From: Chrysomallon squamiferum | Lineage: Eukaryota > Animalia > Mollusca | DNA length: 64,000 nt | Assembly: GCA_012295275.1 (NCBI GenBank) | Contig: CM022678.1 | Location: 10,974,001 to 11,038,000, forward strand | Direction: 5' to 3' | Shown here: piece by piece, positions 1 to 15,546 of the stretch | Numbering within the stretch: position 1 is the stretch's first letter | Layout of the letters: every line of letters starts with the position of its first letter | Notes under the pieces: model-generated | What the model was told of the DNA's origin: nothing | The model's input: the letters and a program-made list of their open reading frames with translations, nothing else | The model's database searches: none | Position numbers and translations under genes: made by a program

Positions 1-275
<275 letters not shown>

Positions 276-1133
276 TCGTAAGCATACATTTTTATAGGTG
301 GGGGGATGACGGGCTGAATATGCTTATGCATACATTACATAAAGAAACATTTATATATACATGTATATGTACACACATACACACACACACACACACACGT
401 ATACATACAAGCATGCATACATACATACATACATACATATATAAATCATACATAATATAATAAGACGCACACATACGCCCTAATTTTGAAGGGGGGGTGG
501 GTATTTACAATATTTATACATCCATGTGCTTCCAGTAAACAAATTATCCATCCGAGAAATATTTATAACTTTTCTAACTTTTAAACGCTCATATGTCAAA
601 TGTTTTTTAGTTTATTTTACGAGATAGTATTTTAATCTGGCGTTATCAAAATCTTTTGTCCGAGTTGTTGCAATGCTTTTTGATTTGAACCATACCACTG
701 TAAATTTCAATGGACCGTTTTCTACAGCCATTATATAGTATAATTCGAAACATGTGCATGTTAGTTGCCAAAGTTTAAAGTCTCCTATGAAGCTATCATG
801 TCGCCCATAACAACCTGTCTGTTACGCCCCTTAATTTGTAAACAGACTAGTTTCAGTCTAGTTGTCAAGGGACGTTACTCTATGCGCGTATGCCCAGTAT
901 GAATGCGAAATACCTCCGTTCTGAAATTCTGATTGAAATTTCAAGAACAGTTTCCAGGATTTACTTCTTCAGATTATTATAAAGATAAAAATAAATATGA
1001 AACTGAATATTTTATTGATAACAAAAATATACTTGCATTTCAAGAAATTGCTTTATATATAATTTGTTGATAGTTACAATTACTACTGCCGTCATTATCA
1101 TTAGTGTTATATGTATTTATTGTTTTATTGTCA

Positions 1134-1194
<61 letters not shown>

Positions 1195-1622
1195 CACTAG
1201 TAGCAGTAGTAGTGGTAGTATTAATGTACTTTGAAATTATAACGAATTAAAATATGATGATGATGATGATGATGATGATAATAGTACTGAGTTTAATTAT
1301 TAAGCAGACATAAATAAAACAAATAACCAGTAAACAATTACAAAGTATTTTATTTCAAATAAATCAAATGATACATCCAACAACACAAATGTTACTTAAG
1401 TAGTACAACACGGCAAATAAAAAATAACAAAAATATTTATTATCAGTTCAATTTCATTCTTATTTCACCACTGATAAAACATTTCTGATATTAATATGCA
1501 AAATTTTAATTTTTACTCGATAAAATGATTTGAGAAAGATAAAAAAAAAAAAAAATTTAAATTATTTGTAACAAAAAAATAAAAGTAGTAACAGAAATAC
1601 AAAGTAAGAGACAGAAATAAAT

Positions 1623-1684
<62 letters not shown>

Positions 1685-1887
1685 TAAATAAATAAATAAA
1701 TAATCAAAGTAAATAAATAAATGATAATGATAAATAGAAAATATTCCTTAATGTTTTTAAATGCAGCATGGATTTTTTTGACACACTTTTAAGAGAATTT
1801 CAATCATTTTTATTTCTGTAACAGTTTAATTTTAAAATTAAAAATTATTTAAAACCCACAAAAATATACATTAAAATAAATAAAATA

Positions 1888-1928
<41 letters not shown>

Positions 1929-2489
1929 GTAAAGAAAGAAAAAAATTAAAAACAAAGAAACTAAGGCATAACTCCGTAAGACTGAAAAAGATGTGAGAGT
2001 TACGTCCCTTCGCTAAAACGCTATAATAAACAAAAGTAAAACCTATTACTCTCTTTTAAAACTTCTAAAGGCTGAAACTAACTGATGTTATGGTAAAGAT
2101 ATGTAAATATATTCCAACATGACACACATATTTTATTCACAGTCTTGAAAGACAAAAACAAATTTCAGGTACACTAGTTAATTCTTAGAAATCTTGCACA
2201 CACACAAATGGATTTCATTAATAAAATTTTTAAAACCTGAAAGATCGTCATAAGAAATGGTCACAATTTAAAATTAAATACAAGTAACAGAAGTAACAAT
2301 TTGAGATTCAAAATGATATTTAAAAAAAATACATTTAAAAAAAAAAAAAATTATTTAAATTTTATGATTTTACAGTAAAAACAGAAGTAATACAAATGAG
2401 GTATTTAAAAATAAAAAATAAAAAATAATAAAAATTCAAGAAGATCCCCACAAAAGCGAACAAAAATATAAACACAAGTCCTAATTTTG

Positions 2490-2537
<48 letters not shown>

Positions 2538-2680
2538 ATATTTTCTTAAATAATATGTGTAATTATTTCAAACTTTCATCAGAACCTACTTGCACTGAAT
2601 AATGTGGATGCTGGTTCAAAACCTAACATTGGAAATCATTGATCAGAATAATCACTTAAATCAAATAAAAAATATATACA

Positions 2681-2785
<105 letters not shown>

Positions 2786-3734
2786 AATAAAAATAAAATA
2801 AATAAACAAAAAAAAAATAAAAAATAAAAAGCCGACATGGAGGTTTGATCCAGAGGTCCACTGAATGAGATGTTATAACAACATCAGTTCTATCTAAAAT
2901 TAGACACCAGAAACAACAATGGACCCCACACACCAAAAAAAGAGTATCAAAGGCCTAAAAACCAAGTCCAACATAAGCCTTAGAAAACAGGCCTAAAATT
3001 CTGGCAGAAGATAATATTTTGACATGGGCTTCGAATTTTAGCCACTCAAACGAGAATTCTAAAACATGACTGAGAATTGCTGTTATTCGTAAGCTACATA
3101 AAGGTTAACAAATGCCTTTGTTCAAAGGACAGAACACAGCCTAAATCAGTCTGCTTACAGAAAGGCCTGAAACAGATAATCTTGAGACAGACCTGATACA
3201 ATATATCTTCACACAGGCCTACAGAAAGGCATCTACACCTATATGAAATAAAGCTTGACAAAGACCTCACAACATTTTAAACAGAGGCCTAAAATAATTA
3301 ATTTAGACAAAGGCTGTAGAAAGGCATCCAAAACAAAAGCCTTAAAGAGGGGTGAAAAACAAAGGTCTGAGGCAACAGGATTAAACAAAAGCCAGAGGAA
3401 ATAGTTCAAAACAAAGGCTTTGAGCTATTTAAAATGGAATCCTGAAGCAAAAAGGTGTACACTGTTAGTTGCAAAATGGGACCATGGCTGCTCTATGCAT
3501 TTACAAAAATCTCAAAATTAATGTTTATATATATATATATATATATATTCCAGTCAAAATGAAGCACTGGTTGACAGGTTAATAGTAAGAAGAAGAAGAA
3601 GAAGAAAAATAACAAAAACATTAATAATGACAATAATCATCATCATAATAAAAATAATGGCAATAGCAGCACTAATAATAAAAATAATAATAATAATAAC
3701 AATAATAGTAATAATAGTAATAGTAGTAGTAATA

Positions 3735-3771
<37 letters not shown>

Positions 3772-4406
3772 CAGAATAGTTTAGTTGTTAAGTTAAAGTT
3801 TTTAATTTTTCTGCAAACAAAACTGATTTTCCAGATATTATTACAAAATGCTAACAAGTGGAGAATGTAATAGTTTCTGTGTTTCAGTAAATAAAAAAAA
3901 AAAATAAATAAATAAATATAAAAATTAAAATTAAATAAAATTAAATAAAATAAAATAAATTATAAAATAAAATGTATATGACTTATGGCATGGTAACAGT
4001 TCAGTAATAAACAACAATTTTATTAAAATTGATATGTAGTTGTAAAGTATACAATGAAAATAACAAATTTCTAATGGAATAAAAGTGGGAAATATTTTAT
4101 AATAAAGTAATGAAATGTACAACAGTATGTAAAAGAAACCTGAATAACAAATGATAATTTATTTATATTAACATGAAATTTACCACTTGTTGGAAAATAC
4201 CAGTGAAAGTTTTTATATTACAGTAGTAAATACACAATAGTAAAAAATGAAATTTCTTCAATTACTGTAAGAAATGTATACGAAAAATGAATTTATCATA
4301 TTACTGGAATGAAATTTACAAAGAGAAAAATATTCACAAGAAATGAAAAAAAAACTAATGTTGCTCTGTTGACTTAAAATAGAATGAGGAAAGGTGGCAG
4401 TGAAGT

Positions 4407-4445
<39 letters not shown>

Positions 4446-4689
4446 ATATTTAATGTTAAATGGAAAATTTTGAAAGTGTATTTTAACAGTACAGTATGAT
4501 TTCTGCACAATGTAGGAAAGAGATTCTGATTTAGCGTAACAATGTTTTAAAATGTTAACTCAGAGATGTAAATTTGAGTAATGTCCGAAACTTTGTAGTT
4601 TGTGTAAGTATTATTTAGACTTTCAGATGCGATTCACTGGGTATGTGAGTGTGTATGTGTGTGTGTGAAAACACATTCAGATATACATG

Positions 4690-4818
4690 CATACTCACAC
4701 ACATACATACATACATACATACATACAGAAACACATATACACTCAGAAATACACACACATACATACAACAAACACACACCAGTACACACATTTTCTTTCT
4801 CTTTCTCACATATCAATG

Positions 4819-4865
<47 letters not shown>

Positions 4866-4948
4866 ACACACAGACACACACACATACTCACACTCTCTCT
4901 CTCTCTCACACACACACACAGACACACACACATACTCACTCTCACACA

Positions 4949-5032
<84 letters not shown>
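4690..5032. repeat. Compound (CA)n/(CT)n/(ACAT)n microsatellite
   Basis: Directly visible; explains the HT- and CV-repeat ORFs. Confidence 0.93.
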
Positions 5033-5035
<3 letters not shown>

Positions 5036-5181
5036 AAACACAGTGAATCATATTTTATTATTACAGTTCCGAAAACTGGAAAAACTTGTTGCCAATTATT
5101 TCAAAATGAAAGATGATCAGCCATGATCCCATTATTCACAGCTACTACAACATCTATTACTAGGTGTGGTGATGCAGCTGT

Positions 5182-5218
<37 letters not shown>

Positions 5219-6308
5219 AACAGTCTCAAACCACAGTTTCTAACGACACTTTCTAATTAAATAATTGTTACGATCCTAACTTGTGTAAGATTAAAAAAAG
5301 AAAAATCCACCAAAAACGGACATGTTTATATTTTGTTCAGATATGTGGGGAAAGGAAAATATAATGGTAAATGTATTTTTAAAAAAAAAAACAGAAGTTA
5401 TGAATTAATATTAGAAATATATTTTTTAATCAAAAGACTGACAATGAAAAAGAATGATGTAATGGGTGGAGAAATAATGAGGATGTTGCATTGTTCACAA
5501 ATTATGAGATTTTTTTTTTCAATTTATATATGTATTCGTGGAAAGAAAGAAAATATATATATATATTAATAAAATACAAAAAAGAAAACCACTGAACTGA
5601 AAAGCAGCTGTATATATGCAAAAAAAATAAACAAAATAAGAAAACTTAAAAACACCACTTGTTGCCGACTTGAAGCTGTTTCGACAAAAACAATGAACAC
5701 AGGTAACAAAACAGGTGAATACAATTCAAAAACAAAACAAAACAAGGAAAAATGCAAAACTTCAAACATCGGTAACAATTTTTTTTTTTTTTTTGTTCAA
5801 TCAAACATGAGCAATTCTAACCTCATTTAAAAAATCAAAACATAAATAAATAACAATCGCTATGGTAACGTGTAAACTATAAACACTGAAGACATCTGAG
5901 GGAATAAAAAAAAAAAAAAGATATGGAGAGAGAACAGACAGCAGCATCTTTGAATTATCAACAAACTTAATCCAATCTTTTCTTTCTTTTCTTCACAAAA
6001 TTTCTCTGATTCTTCACTTCCAGCAGCAAACAGTTCGACTGAAATGTCAGCCATAATCTCTTTCTTGTTACGGAGAAAAGCTAGCTTGGAGAATTTCAAA
6101 ACAATCATATTTTTTATTTATTTATATTATTTTTTTTATATAATTTTTTTATAATTTTTAAAGCATTTTTTTTTTTTTTTTACAAATCTGTTTAGAAATA
6201 TTTTATTATTTTTATTCAATTAATCATTTTTAGGAAAACAAAATTTCTTTCTTTTTATTTTTTGTTTTGTTTTGTTTCTCCTTTAATGAAACTAAAATCA
6301 TAAATTAT

Positions 6309-6339
<31 letters not shown>

Positions 6340-6568
6340 AAAGAACTGATAAAAAAAAAAGAACAACTGTTTTATTTCATTTTAAAACTGCAGTTTCTTC
6401 GTTTCGCAAAAAAATTCTCGAAGCACTGATAACGGAGGACGTCTGAATAAACAAACTTTTCACTCCCTCCCACTTTCAACCCCCCCCTTCCCTTTCAAGA
6501 GCTGTTGCTAAGGCAATGATGACTAGCTAGCAGCAGTGTTTTCCTGTTCCAAACACAGGGAGCTGTTG

Positions 6569-6645
6569 CTATGATCCTTTGCCATCACTCCCACCTGTCT
6601 TACTATCAGATGTGGACGCATCACTTCCTGTCTTAGTCTGCTCAG
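6569..6645 (-). CDS. PKI: PKI, last coding exon ((A)EQTKTGSDASTSDSKTGGSDGKGS*)
   Basis: Acceptor ttttgtgtttttcAG (AG at 6647-6646); phase 1 matches the upstream exon; open to TAG at 6571-6569; Ser/Gly-rich polar tail as in PKI proteins. Confidence 0.8.
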
Positions 6646-6755
6646 CTGAAAAACACAAAACATTTAACTTATTCCTCGTTATCTGTTTTACTGCTACTGT
6701 TTTTACTTACAATTAATGTTCTGCCTGTATTTTGGGGCTGTATACATTATGGGGA

Positions 6756-6787
<32 letters not shown>

Positions 6788-6839
6788 AGAAAACATGTAC
6801 AGCCATATCTATCTATCTATCTATATCTCTCTCTATCTA

Positions 6840-6886
<47 letters not shown>

Positions 6887-7068
6887 TCCCACATAAATAC
6901 ATTTGTGTATATATGTGTGTGTGTATGTGTATTCACCACAGACACACAAATCCAATGACACACACACACATGCATATACACCCACACAAAAAAACACACA
7001 CAAACACACACCCACACAGACACAAACACACACACACACAGACACACACACACACACAGACTACAAAC

Positions 7069-7216
7069 CTGCACATTTCAGTTTGTCTAAGCTCAGTCCT
7101 CCAACAGAAACCTGAGAGTTTGGGTCATTGACAATATCTCCAACAGCATTTCTCCTGCCTGTCCGACCTGTCTGAATGAACTCCTCCAAGTTCCCTGGAT
7201 TTTCAACTTCCGTCAT
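7069..7216 (-). CDS. PKI: cAMP-dependent protein kinase inhibitor (PKI), first coding exon
   Basis: MTEVENPGNLEEFIQTGRTGRRNAVGDI matches the PKI pseudosubstrate (PKI-alpha MTDVE..FIASGRTGRRNAIHDI: F at P-11, R at P-6, RRxA). NES-like VGGLSLDKL follows. Acceptor gtctgtttttcAG puts the exon start at 7225 and favours ATG 7216 over the in-frame ATG 7246. Donor GCAG|GTTTGT at 7068. Spliced product 74 aa. Confidence 0.92.
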
Positions 7217-7339
7217 TGGCTTACTCTGAAAAACAGACTGTTCCATTACTAAACTGAGGTTGGTCAGTTATTTCAACAGAGGTGTGTTTCAATTTGTAGA
7301 CAAAATTTTAGGTAAAATTATTTTTAAAAATTATTAAAA

Positions 7340-7370
<31 letters not shown>

Positions 7371-9134
7371 TACAACTAAATAAGAGTTCTAAAATATGAT
7401 TCTAAATATTCATATAATGTATGTTTGAATGTATGTATGTATGGTATGTATGTATCAGTTTTTCTCCACATTTTCACCACTACTACATCGGCAACATCAA
7501 CACACATATGTAACATACCCCTAACTGTTTCTTACAACACCGAATCAAAAGTTCAATGAATTATAAAACTACAAAAAACAGCCACATCGAAAAAAAAAAA
7601 ATGTGAAACAGCTGTAAACTGCTGTAACCATAGCAACAGAGCAATATAAGGAAAACAGGATGAGATTATATAAAAGTTCACACACATACACACCATCAAA
7701 TCTGCAAATTCAAAAATAACAACTAATATTTCCTTTATGTAAAAATCACATGTAGTCTATTTTGACTTAGTGTGTACAATTATTGTACAAGTTCTACTGA
7801 ATGTTTTGTTGCTTTGTGTTTAATAACTTAATTCTAACAGATCCATATCCTACGAATTTGAACAACCCGAAATATTGAAATACTGGAAGAAGAAGAACAA
7901 CAACAACAGTAACAGTGCCGCCATGTTTTCTGCTACACTGCAACTACATCTACTACTACAACAACAGCTGCTACTGCCTCTGACACTTTTACTAGTCCTG
8001 ATACTATCGCACTACATAATGACTATTACTACTGCAACTATTTCATCAACCATACTGACATTACTGTTACTAGTAGTACAACACAAAACTACTACTACTA
8101 CTACATCAACAGATACAACTGCAAAGACCACTACTACATTACATTTACAAGTGCCACACTATTACTAAACTGCTATTGCAGTTTTTTTTTTACTACTACT
8201 ACTACTACTACAACTACTACCACTACCACTACTACTACTACTATCAATACTACTAACACCATTTCAGATACAACAGCAACTACTGTTGCTACTACTACTA
8301 CTAACCATAACCATTATTATTATTATTATAATTATAACTAATAGTTATAAATAACTACAATAACAACAACAACAACAACTGAACTAAAATAACAGACGAA
8401 AGAAAAACGAACAACTACAACAGTAATAATAACAATCATTACTATTATTTTTGTACATCAGAAGTATTAATAACAGACTTTTGTGCTAAATTTACAGTAA
8501 GATCGAATCAACAGCGTCATGTCAATATTTCGCAGATGTTTTTAATTTCAATAATGAGACACAAGTCCACTAATGACATACTATGGTGGTATTATAATTA
8601 TCAGCTTTGCACCTGATTTTTACCTGTTCAGGTTTCAACTTAGGAATAATAACTGTGCCTTTTAAACAATTAAACTGTTATCTGGAGATACGAATTAAAA
8701 AAAAAAGGGCTAAACATAGCTTTGTTTATTTTTATTATACACGTTTAACTGTAATGATAACAAAGTAATCTAAATATGGTTTATAATACAAGCAAATAAA
8801 TATTTTATGTTACTGTTTGCCCTTTGAGAACTGTGTGATGATGATGCGATTTTCTGTGTCTATAATACCTTGTTATTTTATTTTCAAACAAATAACCCAC
8901 ATAAATTTAAAAAAAAAAGAAGATAATATAGTATTATAATAATAATAATAGTAACTGCAGCAGCAGTAGTAGTACATGTATAAATTAGTGACATAAACAC
9001 ACACAAATATATTTGAAAAAAATAAAAAATACATTACATACATAATAATTAATATACAAAGATTTTTACACTCACTCACATACAGACACTTGCAAGCCAC
9101 AAAAACACATGCACACTTTTGCCCTAACACACAC

Positions 9135-9170
<36 letters not shown>

Positions 9171-9829
9171 TGAAATAAAGTGTAAGCGATGATGCTGTCT
9201 CAAGCAGATTGTCAGGTGATGATCACAAACAAAAGAACTGGCCCAATCAGGAGGCAGCCATGTTGGACAGGAAAAACATGGACAGAGACAATTATTCACT
9301 TGTTTGGACAGTTACAGAGCTGAAGGTCATGTGAGGGTCGTTATGTACGAGATAATTACAGAGCAGCAAGACAAGAACACTGTAATTTAGTGAGAACAAA
9401 AAATAAAATAAAATAAAAAAATATAAATAAATGGATAGAAACAGATTCTGTTTAGAGAATCTGAACATTTTTATGAAATCACGCCACTTAGAACTTGGCA
9501 GCAAATTTCTCTTCTATAAAAGAAGAGGAAAATAAAAAAAAAGTTTATAAATGTACCGATACACGAGAAGATTGGAACTGAAGTGACAGCAAAATCAATC
9601 AGGAGAATACAAACTGATTTATCTGTGTAAAAATAAATAGCATTTTAATCTGACAATCCATTATTTCCCTCTCTGAGTTTCACTTAACAGCTGATTTCAT
9701 GTAAAAAGACTACCAGTTACAATCGCAGTCAATGATCCTGTGTTTCGAACTGACGTTTTCGTGTATTGCTGGCTTTGAAAGAAACAAAAAGACTAGTTAT
9801 AGTTTAATCTCATCATCCGTCACTTCGCA

Positions 9830-9917
9830 CTTTTGTTTTGTAATTACTTGTAAACCAGCTTTTGTTTTGTAATTACTTGTAAACCAGCTTTTATTTTGTA
9901 ATTATCTGTAAACCAGC
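9830..9917. repeat. About 29-bp tandem repeat, 3 copies (ttttgttttgtaattacttgtaaaccagc)
   Basis: Directly visible direct repeats. Confidence 0.85.
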
Positions 9918-12567
9918 AGACGTGAAGTAGAAACATTACTTACACGTTTCAATTTGAATTAACGATTGTGTTTCACATTTTCATTTTCATATACCACTGG
10001 ATTTAAAACAAAAAAAGAAAGGCAAAAAAATGAGAAAACAATGAAAAAAACTCAAGTTACACACTGCTAGTTTAGTCCAGTACATTTCACACTTTCATTT
10101 ACACACAACAACAGGTTTTAAATAAAACGTCGACATATTACAGTCTGAATCAACAAACGCAGGTTTTACATTTTCATTAACACAAAGCAGTGGATTTACA
10201 ATCCGTCACAGAGATTTGATCTGGTCAACCACAGGGGCTCAGTCATGACTCTGTCATCAGTAACAACAACAACAACAACAGCAGCTACTACTTCAGTGTG
10301 CTTTAAACAACAGACCATCTCGTGCTGTGACAAGCTGGCCTTGTGGTGTTGATTTTTATACATTATTAATTAGCGTATACAAAACAAATTAATTGATTAG
10401 TGAAGGATTTCCAGCCTCTGCTTCCGACAAGTGGAACCATTACTGAGCAGAAATAAATCATAATTTGCTTCATTTGTTCCACCACCATGAAGAAGGAGAA
10501 GACTAGGGTCATAGCTAGAGCTAGAGAGAAATAAAGAAGAAAAAAAACCCAAACCTACCAAAACAATTAATGTTGATATTGTTTACAGCTGCAGAGAGAA
10601 AATTTCAAAATGTATCTGGCAGTGGGTGTAATCTCTACTGTATCTGCTGCTTGTCTTTCTCTCAGCAGTTAGAATAAATTATGTAGAGGTTTCAATTTAT
10701 TTTTTTTAACTCCAAAATCATTTAGAATGTTCTGGAAATGGAAATGATCGCAGCTAGCAAGTTCATGTGTGTGTAACAGCAAGTTTATCTCTGATCAAGA
10801 GATTGCAACAGTACCGTGTATCAGAATGTAGCAGTATTTTGTCCTTGATGATGAGGATGATGGTGATGATGATGCTGATGATCATCATCATGTCTACTAC
10901 TTTACCTTCACCGAGGTAAAAAACAATTTAGCGGCTGGAAATGTTACACAAGTTATTAGTGTAAATGTTATATATTTGTATACATACATGCATTTACAAA
11001 CACACACACACACACACACACGTACACTTTCTCTTACTCTTATGGCTTATCCATGACTTTGTAATGGAAATGGAAGATACATACGTATCCAGTTTGCACA
11101 AACAGCTCAGATTTGTGATTATAACCAGAAGCATACTACTTACAACACTTTCAATTAGGCTTGGCAAACCAGAGCTTTTAGAATATCAGTTTAACACATC
11201 CACTTAGCAAGAGAGATCACAGAAAATGTCTGTCCCTCTTGCCCCCAGCATCTGCCATCAGCACAATAAATAAAATATCTGACAATTTAAAAACTTTTTT
11301 TATTTTTTATTTTGTATCAAAGTCTTATTGATTTTTCTCCTGCACGTAGCCTTCAACGCAGCTAAATGTGACAATCAGGCAACGCTGACAACAACGATGA
11401 TGACAGAATCGTACATTATGACACATACTACATCAGCGCTGTCAACAGGAAAACATTGTGGAAGGATTTCGCTGCAGCGACGGAAGGTTTCCGGTTTGTG
11501 ACAATGGCCGTCTTTTCTCAACAAGATTTTAATTTGTTGTCGTTAATGCTCTCAGTTTTACGTTTGTTGTTCATCGTCTTATTAATTTATAAAACTGTTT
11601 TCTTTTTCCTCGTCATTAGTGTGTATAAAACACAAAATATGACAGCTTTCATAATGCTTAATATTTATAGGTTTATCATAATAATAAAACTACCACTACT
11701 ACAACTGCTACTACTACTACAGCTGCTTCTACTGCTACTACTACTAATAATAATAATAATAATACAACTATTACTACTACTACTACTACCACCACCACCA
11801 CTACTACACCTGCTTCTACTGCTACTACCACTACTACTACTAATAATAATAATAATATTAACAACATCAATAATAAAAAAAATGGATATGATCAATAGTT
11901 ATAATTAACACAATAATTAAATTGTCGTTTTTAAAATAAAATAAAAATGTATTTACTTAATTCTTATTTTTTTTACTGAACAAAAAATGTAAACATAAAA
12001 TGAATGCACAAAGAGATAAGCAAACTGATAGAAAAAGGAGATTTTAGAACAATGACAGACAGACACTTGCACAGACAGCAACTTACTCTGCAGTGATGTA
12101 ACAACACACAAAGATCAAAACTGAAAGAAAAATCTCTGACAAAATCACAAGTTAAAGCGATGCCAAAGTCTTTGTCTGCAAAAAAAAGAAGTGACAACTC
12201 GTGAAAGCTGAGATAAAAATCAATTCCACTTCTTTGAACCATCATCGCATGAAAAATAACTACGTATGTATAAATGTAAGAAAAATCAGGACAAAGGGAA
12301 TTGATTTTTAAATGGTCTTCTTATTAGATGATAAATTCAGAGAATGGTCAGCTAGTCTGTTGTTGTCATCAGCAACTGAGCGAAAAGCTTTCAAGTAATA
12401 AAAGAAATCATCAAACAATGGCAATTATGTCTATATATATACATATACATACTGCATGTGAAATGAATACACTGATGTGTATATCATCGATTTATATGCT
12501 GGGTTAATAGATATATACATATATATATACATACATATATAACATACACATATATAGATATATATAT

Positions 12568-12628
<61 letters not shown>

Positions 12629-15379
12629 CTACATACATTAGTTATACATGTTCCTATAAAAGCAAATACTCCCTCCAAAAAAGCAGAAACATACACGCAC
12701 AAATATCCCCCCCATATATAACAATGGTTAAGTGATGAGATTATTACTTTTTCTTTTAATGGATTTTTTTTCTTTACAAAAATAAACAGAAAACTTTTGT
12801 TTTTAAAACATTAAAAATAATATGGATTTTTTCATTAATTAATTTATTTATATATATATATATATTTTTTTTTTCTCTCTCTCTCTCTCTGTAGAAATAT
12901 AGGCAAGGTTAAAGCAGGAAATGAAAGTTATTTATTTATTTTTATATTTTTGTTTTTACCTGTTGACAGAAACACAAGCAAGGTCAAGGCTACAAATTTG
13001 GACAAAAAATATCAAGAAAATCATGAACTGGCAGTCAAACCAAAACATTTTATAATCACAATAAATATACAAATAAATAAAAATAATATACAAATATAAT
13101 GTAAATATAGAAATATAACAGAAATATGTAGAAATAAAAAATATTGAAATATAATAGAAAATATACAGATAAAATATAAAAAAAAAAAAAAAATATATAT
13201 AAATAAATATTAAAGAAACAAATATAAAAGAAAATATAGATATAATATAAATAAATAAATATAAAACAAACATATAGATATAATATAAATAAATAAATAT
13301 AACAGAAACATATAGATATAATATAAATAATAAAAATAAAACAGAAACATATAATATAAATAAATAAATAAAACAGAAACGTATATATTTAATATAATAA
13401 GTAAATATAATAGAAATACACAGATCGATAGTTTTATGTTAGAAATGTTTTAACAAGACTGGTGAGCTGTGAAGCACACACACACACACACACACACACA
13501 AGAAATCTAAGATAAGTATTAAGTGCCAGGTGAGTAAGTGGAAGGATATCACACCTGCGTTTATTACAGAATTAATTAAACTGACCACTTAGTGCTCTGG
13601 AGACACTGTGTCTAGACACGCTGACCACAGACAGTCGTGGTCACTATCAACGTGGTTCTTTATTGCGATCAGTTTGTCACAGCATCGGCGAAATCTCAGA
13701 CAAAGACGTGGAATTTAATAAACGAAGATATTTGTGTGATGTAAACAGGCTTCGTCTGTGATAACACAAGCAGGTTGTTCTGACACAGGATCAATGCACT
13801 GGAGTTTCTCCTGACCAGGAGGCATGTCCTGACATGTCTCAACTCACTAAGTTTGTGAAGACAGGGCCAGGAGACGGTAGGAGCCAGAATGCATCGATAT
13901 TGAAGGAGGGGGACAAAAATTTGCCCAAAAAGGAAAGAAAGAATCAAAGAGATGTTGAGATGACTCAAGACACAGCCGAAGTAATGGGGGGGAACTCACA
14001 GACTTTGAGTCAGCTCAACAGTGCCTCCCTCACACGTGCTCAAATCTGTGTACACCAACCAGAGCAGCAGATCTGTTTAGTTACAAGTGAACCCACGCCC
14101 TAGTTCCTGATTATTACAACACACCACATTGTTCATGCCTTGTTAACGTTCAGACGTATTAGCTGGCAGTGAAATCACCTTTTTAATTTGACCTCAAACT
14201 GACTTCATGCAAATGAGCCCAACCTTGTATGTCACAAATAAACTACTGAAATAGTGGTCTTTATCTTTAAAAAAAAAAAAAAAAAAAAAAATTATATTTA
14301 TTATTTACCAAAAAGAAAATTAATTTATAAAGACTAAGTGAGAAAAATGCAATGGTTTTGAAAGAGTCCAGTTAGATTTGGACAGAAGGTGATATTGTGT
14401 TTTGATCCACAGAACCTGCAGGTCTTGAAGCTTTGGAAGAATGGAATTAAATAAAGAGTAGTTAGTTACATGATGCTAACTTTTAAAATACAATTCTTTT
14501 TGAATGATTTTGTTTTAATTATTATTACAAGTGTTTATGTGTATTAGAGTGTATACATGTATATGTCTGTGTGAGTGTGAGTGTGTGTGAATGCATGCAA
14601 GCATGTGTGAGTCCACACGTCTGTGAATGCACTTGTATGCATGTTCTTGTGTGCACACGAATGCACAAAATTTGTATAAAACCGAACACTTGCACAGCAC
14701 ACAGCACACAGCACACCGTGACCTAATACTCAGCACTGCACTATTAAAGTTTTTGAATTATTTCTTCGTGTCAAATTAAGTTAATTTAAAACAAAACACA
14801 ATCTGCAAATATCAGCCTGCAGCGCCAGAAGTCTGGTGTCACTGCCAGACAGAGCAGAGGAATAAAAATAGATGTTTTGTGTCGAAAAAAGAAAATCTAA
14901 ATTTTACGTAGACATTGTGAAGTTTTTTTTTAACAGCAGTACAAGTGGAAAAATAACACTCAAAAACAGCAGTTAAATGAGCTGATTCTATTTCTCTATT
15001 GTGCAGTCATGTTATACAGTCACTTGCGAGTTAGTATATACACACACATTTATTATATATATATAGACCATAAATCAATACAAATTTATTTTTGGACATG
15101 TACTACCTACTGAAACAGATGCAAACACAAGCACATGCACATATAGAAACATTACAGAGACACGTACATACACAAATACACACATACACACACACACACA
15201 CACAAACAAACATATACACAAATACAAGCATACACACACAGACACACACACACTCACAAACACAGATACACACATAGACATACACACACACAAACACACA
15301 CTCACACCTGACAATACATGAACAACAAATCGGTAGAAAAGTGGAGTCACTTACACACGCTGAAGACAATGATGCTAAG

Positions 15380-15410
<31 letters not shown>

Positions 15411-15546
15411 ACGTGCTCGTACTGAAGAAAACAAAAAATCCTGACCAATTCTAACAGCGGAGATGTTTACAAGTAATCACAAACCAAACTGATTTCAGTC
15501 TCATTTTCTTAATTAGCTTCTCACACTCAGCAGCCAGCTGCCATTT

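Noticed and set aside
5860-6108. Minus-strand ORF containing MADISVELFAAGSEESEKF
   Set aside because: Lies downstream of the PKI stop, probably in the 3' UTR; no recognisable family or convincing exon boundaries.
7217-7246. Upstream in-frame ATG giving an MEQSVFQSKP extension of PKI
   Set aside because: Overlaps a good pyrimidine tract and AG at 7227-7226, and MTEVE matches the PKI N-terminus; kept only as a minor alternative.
13834-14103. 89-aa plus-strand ORF in a GC-richer patch
   Set aside because: No recognisable domain or partner exons; may be a decayed repeat.
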